A program made the position numbers and the translations under genes. From positions 95,232,001-95,296,000 of the forward strand of contig OX597819.1 in NCBI GenBank assembly GCA_951406725.2: a stretch of DNA of 64,000 nucleotides. The letters are read 5' to 3'. The notes below the pieces were generated by a model that made no database searches, had not been told where the DNA came from, and saw only the letters and a list, made by a program, of their open reading frames with translations. Below, piece after piece: positions 52,993 to 64,000 of this stretch (position 1 is the first letter of the stretch; the number at the start of each line of letters is the position of its first letter). The DNA is from Octopus vulgaris. Its lineage: Eukaryota.

Positions 52993-53604
52993 TTACCGCC
53001 TGCCACACTACCAATGTTACCTCAATTCCACAATCTCATGCCACCACCACCACCACCACCATCAACCAGCAATTCACCCATCCCACAGTTTTAGGTAGAC
53101 GTTCATATATGTTAACAGCTGCGTCGACATATGTGTGTTACAGCAGACTATGTGTAGCCTTGACCATTGGCCTCTCTTGTTGACACATTATCTTTGGCAG
53201 TGGAGATGGTGAGGTGTGGTATGATGTGGAGTGGTGTGGTGTGGTGTGGTGTGGTGTTATATGTGGGAGTTGAATACTGGAGGTGGTTGCAGGAGAGAGG
53301 AAAAGAGGAAACGTGAGAGAGAACAATGATAACCACGATGACGATCATAATAATGATGATGGTGGTGATGGTGGTGCTGATAATGGTGACGACGACATTA
53401 ATGATGGCTACGATGAATGATTATAATTTTAACGGTGGAGCAGTTGAAAGAAGCTTCTGTTGGTGGCGGTGCTACTGCTGCTAAAGATGTTTGAACAAAG
53501 ATTGACATACAAGAAAGCAATGACAGAATACATACATACATACATACATACATACATACATACATACATACATACATACATACATACATACATACATACA
53601 TACA

Positions 53605-53634
<30 letters not shown>

Positions 53635-53637
<3 letters not shown>

Positions 53638-53763
53638 TTCTTTACTGCCCACAAGGGGCTAAACACAGAGGGGACAAACGGATTAGGTCGATTACATCGA
53701 CCCCAGTGCGAAAATGGTACTTTATTTATCGACCCCGAAAGGATGAAAGGCAAAGTCGACCTC
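53635..53763 (-). mobile_element. SINE family A fragment within (TACA)n
   Basis: Matches the 30502 units. Confidence 0.85.
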
Positions 53764-53986
53764 ATACATACATATATACATACATACATGTATACATACG
53801 TACGTACATACATTCGGGGTCGATAAAATACATACACTTGTGCGCGCAGGCACACGCGCGCGTACATGCATACACACACCAATAAAGCATACTGGAGTAA
53901 TTTATTAATCGTAACATTATTTATGACAATATTTGCGTTCTGTTTCTTTTATTCCAGCTTTGAAAGATAAATGTATATATATATAT

Positions 53987-54188
53987 AGATCGGTAGCCAC
54001 TACACACATTTTTTTTTTCTCTTCTTGTTTCTCTCCTTGTTTTTTTTTTTTATGTGTCCCTTTCTGCAGAAGAGCGTAGGCTCGAAACGTAAAAGACTTT
54101 TTCTATTCCTGAGCGTTATATACATCTGTTTGTTTTGTACACCACCTGTCTTCGTCTTTTTTTTTTTGATTTTTTTTTCGTGAACTCT

Positions 54189-54193
<5 letters not shown>
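53987..54193 (+). mobile_element. Family E repeat, second copy
   Basis: Close match to 27306-27481. Confidence 0.65.
54060..54095 (+). ncRNA. Minimal type I hammerhead-like motif, atypical core CUGCAGA
   Basis: CTTT-CTGCAGA-A-GAGC-GTAG-GCTC-GAAA-CG-TA-AAAG. Confidence 0.55.
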
Positions 54194-54230
<37 letters not shown>

Positions 54231-54232
<2 letters not shown>

Positions 54233-54518
54233 CTTTTCCGTTTTCGTTTCTGTTGATTTTTACGTCTTCTTGTGGTGTCCTGTACGTATATATATATTTA
54301 TATGTGCATGTATATATACATGTAGATGTCGGTACGTACATATATGTTTGTATGTATGCATATATTTTTTTTATTACACTATTGTCTGACAGCGCTTCGC
54401 GTCGGGTACGTTTGAATTTTCGATTTTTCGAATTCTCACTTCGTTCCGTCTCTTTCCTCCTCGTTCGTTTTTACAGTTTACTACAATGATGCGAAACTCT
54501 CTCCCTTTGCTTTACATT

Positions 54519-54550
<32 letters not shown>

Positions 54551-55069
54551 GCTCTCTCTGCCTCACCCTTCTCTCTAGCCTGTGTCTTCCTCTATCTGTC
54601 TTTCTCTCTCTCTCCCACTCCTCCTCACTTTCGTCACTGCTAATTCTTTCGCCTGTTGCCTTCAGGCCGTAAGGTCATGTTTCCCAGCGCTCGCCAGTTA
54701 CTTTCTCGTCCCCGCCAGAACAAAGGCCTTCGTTCGTCTTTTTCGTTTGTTCTCTTGTTTACTGTCTCTGCCTTCGAAACACGTGTCTGCTAGCGACAGC
54801 TGATGAAGGGGATTTTTCCTTGTGCAGCATGTCCTGTACTTCGTTTTTCTGCTGCACATAATTGTTTTTCCCGTTTTCGTTTCGTCTTGTTCCACGTCTC
54901 TGTCCTTCTGTTGTAACTAATAGCTTTTCCGTTTTCGTTTCTGTTGATTTTTACGTCTTCTTGTGGTGTCCTGTACGTATATATATATATTTATATATGC
55001 ATGTATATATACATGTAGATGTCGGTACGTACATATATGTTTGTATGTATGCATATATTTTATTTATTA

Positions 55070-55075
<6 letters not shown>
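54231..55075 (+). mobile_element. PLE-like family F copy with ~152-bp direct terminal repeats (pseudo-LTR arrangement)
   Basis: 54231-54382 is nearly identical to 54922-55075; both ends abut (TA)n. Confidence 0.75.
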
Positions 55076-55137
<62 letters not shown>

Positions 55138-55744
55138 ATGTATGTATGTATGTATTATTTATAGTTGTAATAATGATGTGAAACTAAATAGTGATATTTT
55201 GAAATCATTTAATATGTACGTTTCAGGTTTGCATCCATTACGTAAACCCTCCTCAGTTAAAGTGTTAGTGTAGTTTGTCATATTAGACTCGAGTCGAACA
55301 TTTTGGTACCGTGCACTGCATCTTAGCGTAACACAAAATATTACTTATTTATAAATATATACTTTTAGTGCTTTGATGCGCTGTTTCCTACTGCAAAAAC
55401 ATACTAGTCACAGGTAGGGGGTGTTTTGTTTTTTTTTGTTTTTATTTTGTTTGTTTGTTTGTTTTGCACTTTCCCCAAATCCCAAATCACCGAGACTTTG
55501 GAATATGGCCATTGACTCTGTCAAAATTATGACAAATGAGAAAAAACATTTGAAATCCAATCGCAAAAACAACTGGGCGGAGAGAACCTGCTTGCAGTGT
55601 AAAAAGCAATCGTTTAGATGATATAAATACATACCAGCTCTGTAACAAACAACTGAGAGAGTATCTATATAGTCGTATATTCTGTTAGAAATAGGAACCA
55701 AATTTCATTCATATCACCACCGGCTTATAATTTATTAATGTACT

Positions 55745-56070
55745 CTTAGGCATACTTATGTAAACCCTTCGTTCCCAATGGAGCATAGGCCATCGAAGAC
55801 TTTTCTCTACCTTTTTCGACTCTGAGCTGTTTTTCTGCTTCTCTCCAGTTGGATCCCTGCTTTTCAGCTCTGCCTCCTCGTCGCCTGTGCCACCTGTACT
55901 GACGCTCTCGTTTCAACATGAGAGAAGGCTTTCCTCTTTCGAGTCTTGTTCGTTTTGGATTGTCACCGATACTTTTGTAACTTTGATTTTTCCAAGTAGG
56001 GATGTTAGCTCTACGCAAACCCATTTTTACCTCTTTTAGTCTTGCTTCTATCTTTTGATTTGACAAGCAT
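55745..56070 (-). mobile_element. RTE-like LINE 3' end, decayed
   Basis: Reads ..RGKP..., GSNWREAEK..., then a terminal GCCTATGCTCCATTGGGAACGAAGG segment resembling RTE ORF ends. Confidence 0.45.
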
Positions 56071-56074
56071 GAAG

Positions 56075-56440
56075 GGCCTTACAAGGAGCTTGCGATCTGC
56101 TGGCATAGCTCTCAGACTCCTTCACCTGCACCTCCAGCAATATCATCTATTGCATCTCCTGGTCTCTCTGCCATTCCCTGTACATCGAACAAATGGGACG
56201 CCGCTTGGCTGACCGGTTCGCAGAGCATCTCCGAGACATCCGCCTCGGCAATGACACTCCGGTCTCACGCCATTTTCGCTCCACCGGTCACTCCTTGCAA
56301 CACCTGTCTGTGTTCGGATTGTCCTTGCACAGAGGCCACCCGGACTCCCGTTTGCGCTGTGAACAGGGATTAATCTTCTCTCTTCGCTCTTTTACGCCAT
56401 TTGGGCTCGGCTCTTCATCTAACCCTCTTCATCTAACCTC
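56075..56440 (+). pseudogene. Penelope-like GIY-YIG endonuclease fragment
   Basis: FTCTSSNIIYCIS..LC..LYIEQMGRRLADRFAEHLRDI.....PVSRHF...GHS...EQ.LIF.L....PFGL. Confidence 0.88.
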
Positions 56441-56932
56441 CTCCCCGACTCTTGAGTATTGAGGCGATGGTACACAAGCACCTGTCACGTTGGACTAAAC
56501 ACCTTATTAGAATGAAGGAGAGCAGGATCCCTAAACAGATGCTATACAGGGAATTTGTTAGTGGAAAGAGACCCCAGCAGAAACAAAGGCTGCGATTTAA
56601 AGACTGTGTCAAGTCCTCATTAAAGGCCTGTGATGTGCAGGAGACCAACTGGGAGAGCAATGCCTGTCATTGCTACAGATGGAGGAAGCAGGTTAAGCAG
56701 GGGATCGACACCTTTGAGAAAGCATGTATTTTGCATGAAGAATTTAATGCTACTTGAAAGCGCACTGTAGTGAATAGGGACAATTTGGTTTGCAATGTTT
56801 GCAGTCGTGTATGCATGTCAGCAGCAGGGTCATTAGCCACCAACGGAGCCGCAAATGCAAAATATTAGTTAGTCCTAGAGCGCACAATGTTCCTAAAGTT
56901 CAGCAATGGTCTTCCTCGGTCACGAGTGGACG

Positions 56933-56937
<5 letters not shown>
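56441..56937 (+). mobile_element. RTE/BovB-like LINE 3' fragment
   Basis: SIEAM..RWTKHLIRMKESRIPKQMLY..GKR....RLRFKDCVK.SLK, then a CNVCSRVC..HQR finger and a short 3' UTR ending in (TA)n. Confidence 0.88.
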
Positions 56938-56989
<52 letters not shown>

Positions 56990-57023
56990 AATACATATAT
57001 ATACATATATATATATATGTATT

Positions 57024-57114
<91 letters not shown>

Positions 57115-57118
<4 letters not shown>

Positions 57119-58082
57119 ACGAAGGTGGGGACCTCCGATTCGAACTGTTACGGAATCCCTCACACCCGGGCCCGTTCGATGCAGCGAATATTTTCGCTAC
57201 GGAAACTCGTCGGAGAGGAGAGAGATAGATACAACAACAACAACAGCAGCAGCACGAAGAGACACAGAGGCAACCGAGAGAGATGCAAAGAGGCAAGGCA
57301 CAACTGGCTTACATTTAACAACTAGTTTATATGACAATCAATTGTTACATCATCAAATACATTTCAGATACATTTAAAAGAGGACATGCACGTGACAACT
57401 CAATACATCATACAACAGATCAAAGCATTTAAAGGAAACAACAAATCAATACAACACATCCAGGTCAATACATCAGCATTTCAAAGGTACACGTCCGAAG
57501 ACACAGTTCTGTTTCAAAACACATCAACAAGTCATATACAGTTCGAAGGACATTAAAGGCCTAACAGTTCAATGTTCATTGTACAATGTTCGTATCACAA
57601 CAATTCACGTTACAGTTCAAAGTCTTTAACGACTACATCAGAGTCCTTCTTTTTCTCTCTCTTTCTTCTTTCTCTTTTTTTTCTTTTACAGTCTCTTTAC
57701 ATCGTAACACGTATCAATACATAATTAAATACCTTTAGTTCCTACTAGAATAGCCAGTGTCCCATACTGTAGTTCCTCTCTAACAGCCGCCTATTTCTCT
57801 GTATATATCTCTTTCTGTCCCAATACTCCAAAACCGCCGACTGCTTGCCCTGAATTTCAAATACCGACTGCCTCTCAATCTCTCCGGCCGGAACTGATCT
57901 ACTTAGATTCACAGCTCCTTTTTATAAGGTAGTTTCTTTGACCCTTCCTTGACCGGCAAGGCCAAAGGTCCCTCCAAAAGCCATTACTCTTCCAGTAAAC
58001 AAAGGGCTGTCGCTTTTTACTCCAGACCTGCAGGCGCCACTCCCACAAAGTGGGTCAAGAAATACTGCACTAGCCGAACCAT

Positions 58083-58086
<4 letters not shown>
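57115..58086 (-). mobile_element. Solo LTR (972 bp, Gypsy-like)
   Basis: TGTTA...TAACA termini with ATAT on both sides, inside a (TA)n tract. TATAAAA occurs on the minus strand near 57920, and there is no internal coding region. Confidence 0.8.
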
Positions 58087-58162
<76 letters not shown>

Positions 58163-58220
58163 ATATATATACGTATATATATGTACATATATTTTTTTAA
58201 TTATATATATATTTATGTAC

Positions 58221-58277
<57 letters not shown>

Positions 58278-58289
<12 letters not shown>

Positions 58290-59288
58290 TTTTTTAATAA
58301 TATATTATTATTATTAATATAAGGAAATTAATATCCAAACTCATCATAAAGATATACCCGTGTGAAAATACTTATTGTATTAAAAATATATATAAATAAA
58401 TAAATATAAATATATATATAAAAAAATATATGTAAATATGTATAAATATAAATATAATGTATAAATAAATTTGATATTACTTTGACCAGTTTATAATTTC
58501 AGAGCTTCAAATATAATTTAAAATACAATTTGATTTTGTGTTATGAACTATATTTGGATTACCAGATAATATAATGAATTTTATACGAAAGTATTATGGA
58601 TTGCTACAGAGGAATTACCAAGACAAAAGTGTTATGGATTGCTACAGAGGAATTACCAAGAAGACATATGAATTTCAAGATTCTCATACTAAAGTATATA
58701 CAAATTTCACATTTCTAAACTAACTATATGAACTATATTTGGAATGCAAGATAATAGGACGAATTTTACGTATGAATATTATGGATTATTGCAGAAGAAT
58801 TATTGCAGAACCAAGGAAGTATATATGGACTTAAAGACTCTCATCAAAAGTAGTAATTTTTGATTTTTAATTTATATTTCAAACAAACACCATTTACAGT
58901 TTTACTTCAAATTTAATAAAAAGAACTTTCATTCGATATTTTATACAATATTCATATTTTATATCTCTGAAGAGCAGAAGCGTTGTCCATAAATGCTTAT
59001 CAATATAGGATTTCATTATAGGGACAACTCTTCTGTGAAACGATCGTAAGATACTTAAATAATTAATTCAAAACTATTAAAATATTAAATTATTTATACA
59101 TTATATTTATATTTATGCATATTTACATATATTTTTATATATATTTATATTTATTTATTTATTTATATTTTTATTACAATAAGTATTTTCACACGGGTAT
59201 ATCTTTATGATGAGTTTGGATATTAATTTCCTTATATTAATAATAATAATAATAATAATAATATATCATTAAAAAATATATGTATATA
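58278..59288 (+). mobile_element. Non-coding element with ~190-bp inverted arms, internal tandem repeats and a hammerhead ribozyme (PLE/retrozyme-like)
   Basis: 58278-58470 is inverted at 59088-59288. An internal diverged duplication of about 185 bp starts at TATGAACTATATTTGGA (near 58542 and 58727). Confidence 0.8.
58962..59053 (+). ncRNA. Type I hammerhead ribozyme
   Basis: Stem I TATCT/AGATA; core CTGAAGA; stem II GCAGAAG/CTTCTGT extended by GTTGTCC/GGACAAC; GAAA; palindromic stem III ACGATCGT; predicted cleavage after GUA at 59048. Confidence 0.8.
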
Positions 59289-59399
59289 TCGCTCGTATTA
59301 AATATATAAATACTTTAATAGTATTAATATTCTGATCACAATTAAGCACTTAATATAAATTCAGTACATAATATTCTTATTGAAAATATTTACTTAAAG

Positions 59400-59470
<71 letters not shown>

Positions 59471-59754
59471 GAGAAAGAGAGGAAGAGAGACAGAGATGAT
59501 AATAGAAAAGAAGCAATAATAAGCCTGTGAGTGTGTCAGTGACAATAATGAAAGAGGATAAGTTGAGGTTAAAAAAGTTACAATAAATTATAGAAAATAA
59601 AGCAAGAAAATGGAAGATTTGACACAAAAACATAAAGAATTACTGAAAGGTAGCAGAAAAACAAACTCCGTAACTCTTGTCAGTTAAAGGATAGGATAAA
59701 GATCCAATCCGAATCGTATGAACTCAAAGGTTTCCCAGATTCTGTGGCGCATAT

Positions 59755-59930
59755 ATTCACCCCTGGACGGGACGCCGGTCCGTCACAGGATTATTCATTT
59801 TGACCACCTGAGTGGACTGGGGCAATGTGAAATGAAGTGTTTTGCTCAACAATACAACGCGTCACCCTATCTAGAAACCGACACTCCAATCTTACGATTA
59901 TGAGTACAACACCCTAACCACTTATCCACA
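59755..59930 (-). mobile_element. SINE family C, 5' part
   Basis: The minus strand begins with tRNA-like AGTGGTTAGGGTGTTG; shares sequence with 10870-11090. Confidence 0.6.
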
Positions 59931-60739
59931 GACCTCTACGCTACCCCAGTTATAAAAAAATAAAACTAAATGCACATAGACATGCATGTATGTGCGCGCG
60001 CGTGTGTGTGTGTGTGATAATAAACCCGCACTGGGTAGCCTACCAGTGATTTATAGGTTTGTCCTCATACAGTGACACAACACACATACACACATACACA
60101 CTCAAACAGCTATACAGACGCATAGGCATACATATAGAGAGAGATGCAAGGCCAAGATATATGGTCTACAAGAAAAAAGAAACTGAATATGTGATTGCCT
60201 CTTTCTCTCTTTTTCTGAGTACCGTCACCCATTACTACCTCCATGACCTGCATTCCGTCTACTGTACCTTAACTGCCATTTCCAGACTGGCCTGCTGTTT
60301 CCACTAAATTCTCTATTACCCCACTGCTCCACTTGTGTGTTTCGAGGGTGAAGTCGGTTGGGGGTTAGTTGAAAGGTGGTAGGTCGGTCGGTAGGTAGGT
60401 GTCAGGTTTTTGTCTGGATGGGTGGGATAGTATTTAACACTCTTGCTTTATAAAAAAAAAACTTAGCTTCGAGTTTCTGCGCTTTTGGTGGTGGTGGTTT
60501 TGATGTTGGTTAGAGTTTGTGGGTACTGATGTGATTAGGAATAGATGGTAAGTGATAGTGATAGGGGTGATGGTGGTGGTGGTGGTGGTGGTGGCAATAA
60601 AAGTGGTGTGGATAGCATTTGTTAATGGTATAGAAGCAGTAGTATTTGTTAAGGATAGGGTAGATAACATGTTTGAGATGTCAGCAATAGTTAGTGATGG
60701 TGTTAGAGTAGATGCCGGCCTACAGATTGTAAGATTTGC

Positions 60740-60815
60740 TTTTGTTGTCGTTGTTGTTGTTCTTGTTCTTGTTGTTGTTGTTGTTGTTCTTCTTCTTCTT
60801 CTTCTTCTTCTTCTT

Positions 60816-60850
<35 letters not shown>

Positions 60851-60882
60851 TCTTCTTCTGCTTCTTCTTCTTCTTCTTCTTT
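60740..60882. repeat. Compound (GTT)n(CTT)n(CTA)n microsatellite
   Basis: Visible array; it explains the poly-L and poly-F ORFs. Confidence 0.95.
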
Positions 60883-61963
60883 ACCCTAGGACAGCTCTTA
60901 TCTGGCAGACTTATGGTCAAAGACGTTCTGGCCATGGTCATTTCTTATTATTATCATGTATAATGCAACTAATACTGCATTATCCAGTTTGTCCTTTATT
61001 TTTAAAGATGCTTGGATCTGGTTTAAAAAAAGATTTGGATGCAATTTCTAAGATGTGAAGCGACGATGAAGAAGCTCCCTCGTATTCTCGTGAGAAAGAT
61101 GGTTGTTTGTGTAGACTGTAGTTGTATATTCTATTATTCTAATAAAGCTGTTACATTTATATTTAACACGTTCGTGTACGTTCAAATATGGAAAATCCTT
61201 ACTTGTAACTGCTTTGGAAAAAATATTCTCCTCATAGATTATGTGTGTGAAAACACTGCCACACAAACCTGAGCTATGAATGGCACCATTGTGCTTCTTC
61301 GTCGTTTATTTTTCATCAATTACGTACACTGAATCTGTCGTTCACAGCTCACTAAGAACTGCCGTTCATATATTTAAATAGCAAATAACATATTTGCTGG
61401 CGTGTGCAAAATGTTGTCAAGCTGGAATCGATTAATTAGAGGCTACAATAAAGTTTTGTACATTCATATTTACCACGTTTGGAATCGGTGTCTGTAACTG
61501 AAGCGTATACGACACAGGAACACTGATACTACAATCCAATGAAATCATTCATAGCCCAGCGCGGTGTGTTTTCACAAAGATTGTCTGCAAGGAGAATTTC
61601 CTTTTCAAGACAATTACCACAACGAAGGTCGTTCCACGTCTGAGTGTATGAACATTTTGAATATGTATACAGTTTTATTTTATTCATCACTGGTTAGTGT
61701 GCCTTTAATCAATTTATTATTCTGTTCTTCTTTTCCTGGTTTCATCTGTTAGGCTTCGGCCATCACAGGGAACCATCTACAAGGGTTTTAGTTGACCATG
61801 TGTGCTTTAGTACTTATTTTATCGAATTCCATTTGTCGAGCAGCTAATTTACAGAACATAAAAAGGTACAACACAAGCAATAACGTAGATGTAAGTGTAG
61901 ACACACAACCATATGCATACACACATGCACGCAGACATGCATGCATACATACTCACACGCGCA

Positions 61964-62025
<62 letters not shown>

Positions 62026-62705
62026 CACAGAAGCTTCTGAGGCCAGAAACTGGAAGGTTTATACCTAAATTCGATACTAATTTCATCTCTCCCCGACAAA
62101 GAATTCTGTACGTAACGTTAAATTTCTCATTTTTCTCGCGACATATAATTTACTCAACTAATTGGACTTTCTATCAAATCATAATTTTTTTCAGACGCTA
62201 TAATCCCATTCTTTGTGAAGCAGTGTCAGTTAGAACTCTCAGTAGTAAGAGTCTCCCAAAACACTTGATTGATGTTGAAATCTTTTACGTGGGTTTGAGA
62301 GTGTCTTTGTAACTACGATCATTTGCGCAGCTCATTCTATGAATATACTGATCTAAAATGAGATCTCGGTACTCCATGCAACTGAAATTTAGAAAGAACT
62401 CAAATTTAGAACATTATGACTACGTATAAATTCATTCTACTTTCCCTATTACCATTCACATAGTTTCTATTTTTCTTCGACTATCTCCTATTATTTAAAC
62501 TCGAAAAGTGTAAATGAAACAAATAAGTATTTTTCGGGACACAGTTTGTAGTTGAAAATATCATCCGAAATATTTTAAGAGTTTCTTCATTTGAACACAT
62601 CGCCTTCCCTTTGGTTTTAAAGCATTTTATCGACTGAGCAAAGAGAAAAATATATTTATTCCCCCACCAAAACTTAGGCAAATTAGAAACACTGTTTTCT
62701 TTCAG

Positions 62706-62797
62706 AAGTCCAGCATTATAAATCAGCAGATATAGAGTTGCTGAGGAAAATTCCAACACGGGTTGTCGGGATAGTTCTTTCTCCATGAAGATGAAAG
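62706..62797 (+). other. Possible exon (UTR or non-coding)
   Basis: Acceptor TGTTTTCTTTCAG and strong donor AAG|GTAAGT in non-repetitive DNA. No frame is open throughout. Confidence 0.3.
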
Positions 62798-64000
62798 GTA
62801 AGTGTGTTTTACACTTGTCTTTATAAACAGTATTGAACTAAAAATTTATCAATATATTCAGAAGTAGAGTATAGTGTTGAAGTAGTTAATTTTACTCATT
62901 CCCCAAAGAAGGGTACTGTCCAAAATTCTACAATTTTATTCTCCTCACAACACTCCTAATGTGAATTCTTTTGAAACTTATTATTGCTGATACAAAAAAT
63001 TCTAATTTCTTTCAACCAACAAAGGTCACTCTCCTTAGTAAAAATAATATTTACATTGGCTTCAAACAAAACATTACCGTCTTTAAAAAAAAGAAAATAT
63101 AGTACAATACTGTCATAAGTATTTTTTAAAATACGAGATGACCACGATTGGAGCGTTATTTTCATCACAGTTATACACGTTCAACGTTGGCCTTGGAGCT
63201 AAGCAACAACAAAAACCACCACTACTACTACTACTACAGGTGCTGTTGTTGCAGCTAGACAGTGGTTTCCTGGATTTCTAGTATCTTCAGTAACAATATT
63301 GTTACCAGATAAACAAAACAAAATGAAATAAATACAATATTATTATTGAATTCAAAGACAATTTAGTTATAGCGAATCATAAAAATATCGTATTTACAGG
63401 AGCATAACACATACTCTCTAATTTAGGGGAAAAAAACAATACAAGCACATTTAGTGTTCCATCATACACTTATTGAAAGACATTTTTAAATGATTTTGTA
63501 GAAGGGTGAATGTATGATTCTACGCGTGTAAGTAGAAAAATGGACAGTATACTGGAATAAAAGATGAAACCATAAATTTACTAAACATAAATTCTGTTAA
63601 ATGAGTACCATATTTCAATTTTATCTTCTTTCAGATCAACTGTTTAGTCATTTATATGTTGGTCAGAAGAATTACCATACAGGATGTGAAACTCGTCGTT
63701 TTGGCCGTAATGTTTTGTGATCGGCCAACGGGCTGGCACACCACTGCTATAACTTTATTGTCATCCACTCAATGGAAATAGCTGACAGGTAGATGCGTAT
63801 GTTAACATTCAATAAATCCTTTCAAGAGAATTAGAAAATGTTTCTGGAATGTAACAGTCATTGAATAACGTTAGACACATACGAGGTATGGGTGATGTAT
63901 ATCGAAGAACGAGATATAGTGTGATGACGTGACTTTTCCACATAATGCCGATGTACAGTAAGCAATTTTTCCTAGTTTGAACGAAAGGGCATATTTTCGA

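Noticed and set aside
60552-61058. 168-aa hydrophobic membrane-protein ORF
   Set aside because: It is produced by compound trinucleotide repeats and a family D repeat.

Overview
This is an AT-rich, microsatellite-dense eukaryotic window with no intact host protein-coding gene that I can support. The repeat content points to an octopus or other coleoid cephalopod genome (inference): tRNA-derived SINEs resembling the octopus OK/OR families, plus very dense (TA)n, (CA)n, (TACA)n and (GATA)n tracts. The window is a mosaic of SINEs, decayed DNA transposons (mariner/Tc1, Tigger/pogo, hAT, Helitron), RTE-type and RLE-type LINE fragments, Penelope-like element (PLE) remnants, and a solo LTR. Most ORFs in the supplied track are microsatellite translations. 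The most notable signal is a set of hammerhead-ribozyme motifs inside short non-coding elements with inverted or direct terminal repeats. One motif at 58962-59053 looks canonical, two have an atypical core position 6, and several are decayed. Other signals are a SINE trimer inserted into an older copy of its own family with a 13-bp TSD, a mariner that has captured 86 bp of its own flank, a perfect 72-bp tail-to-tail SINE palindrome, and RLE LINE copies abutting (ATAC)n. Parts of 17.8-24.8 kb look like long-read assembly artefacts. All calls come from reading the sequence by eye; no searches or folding were run.
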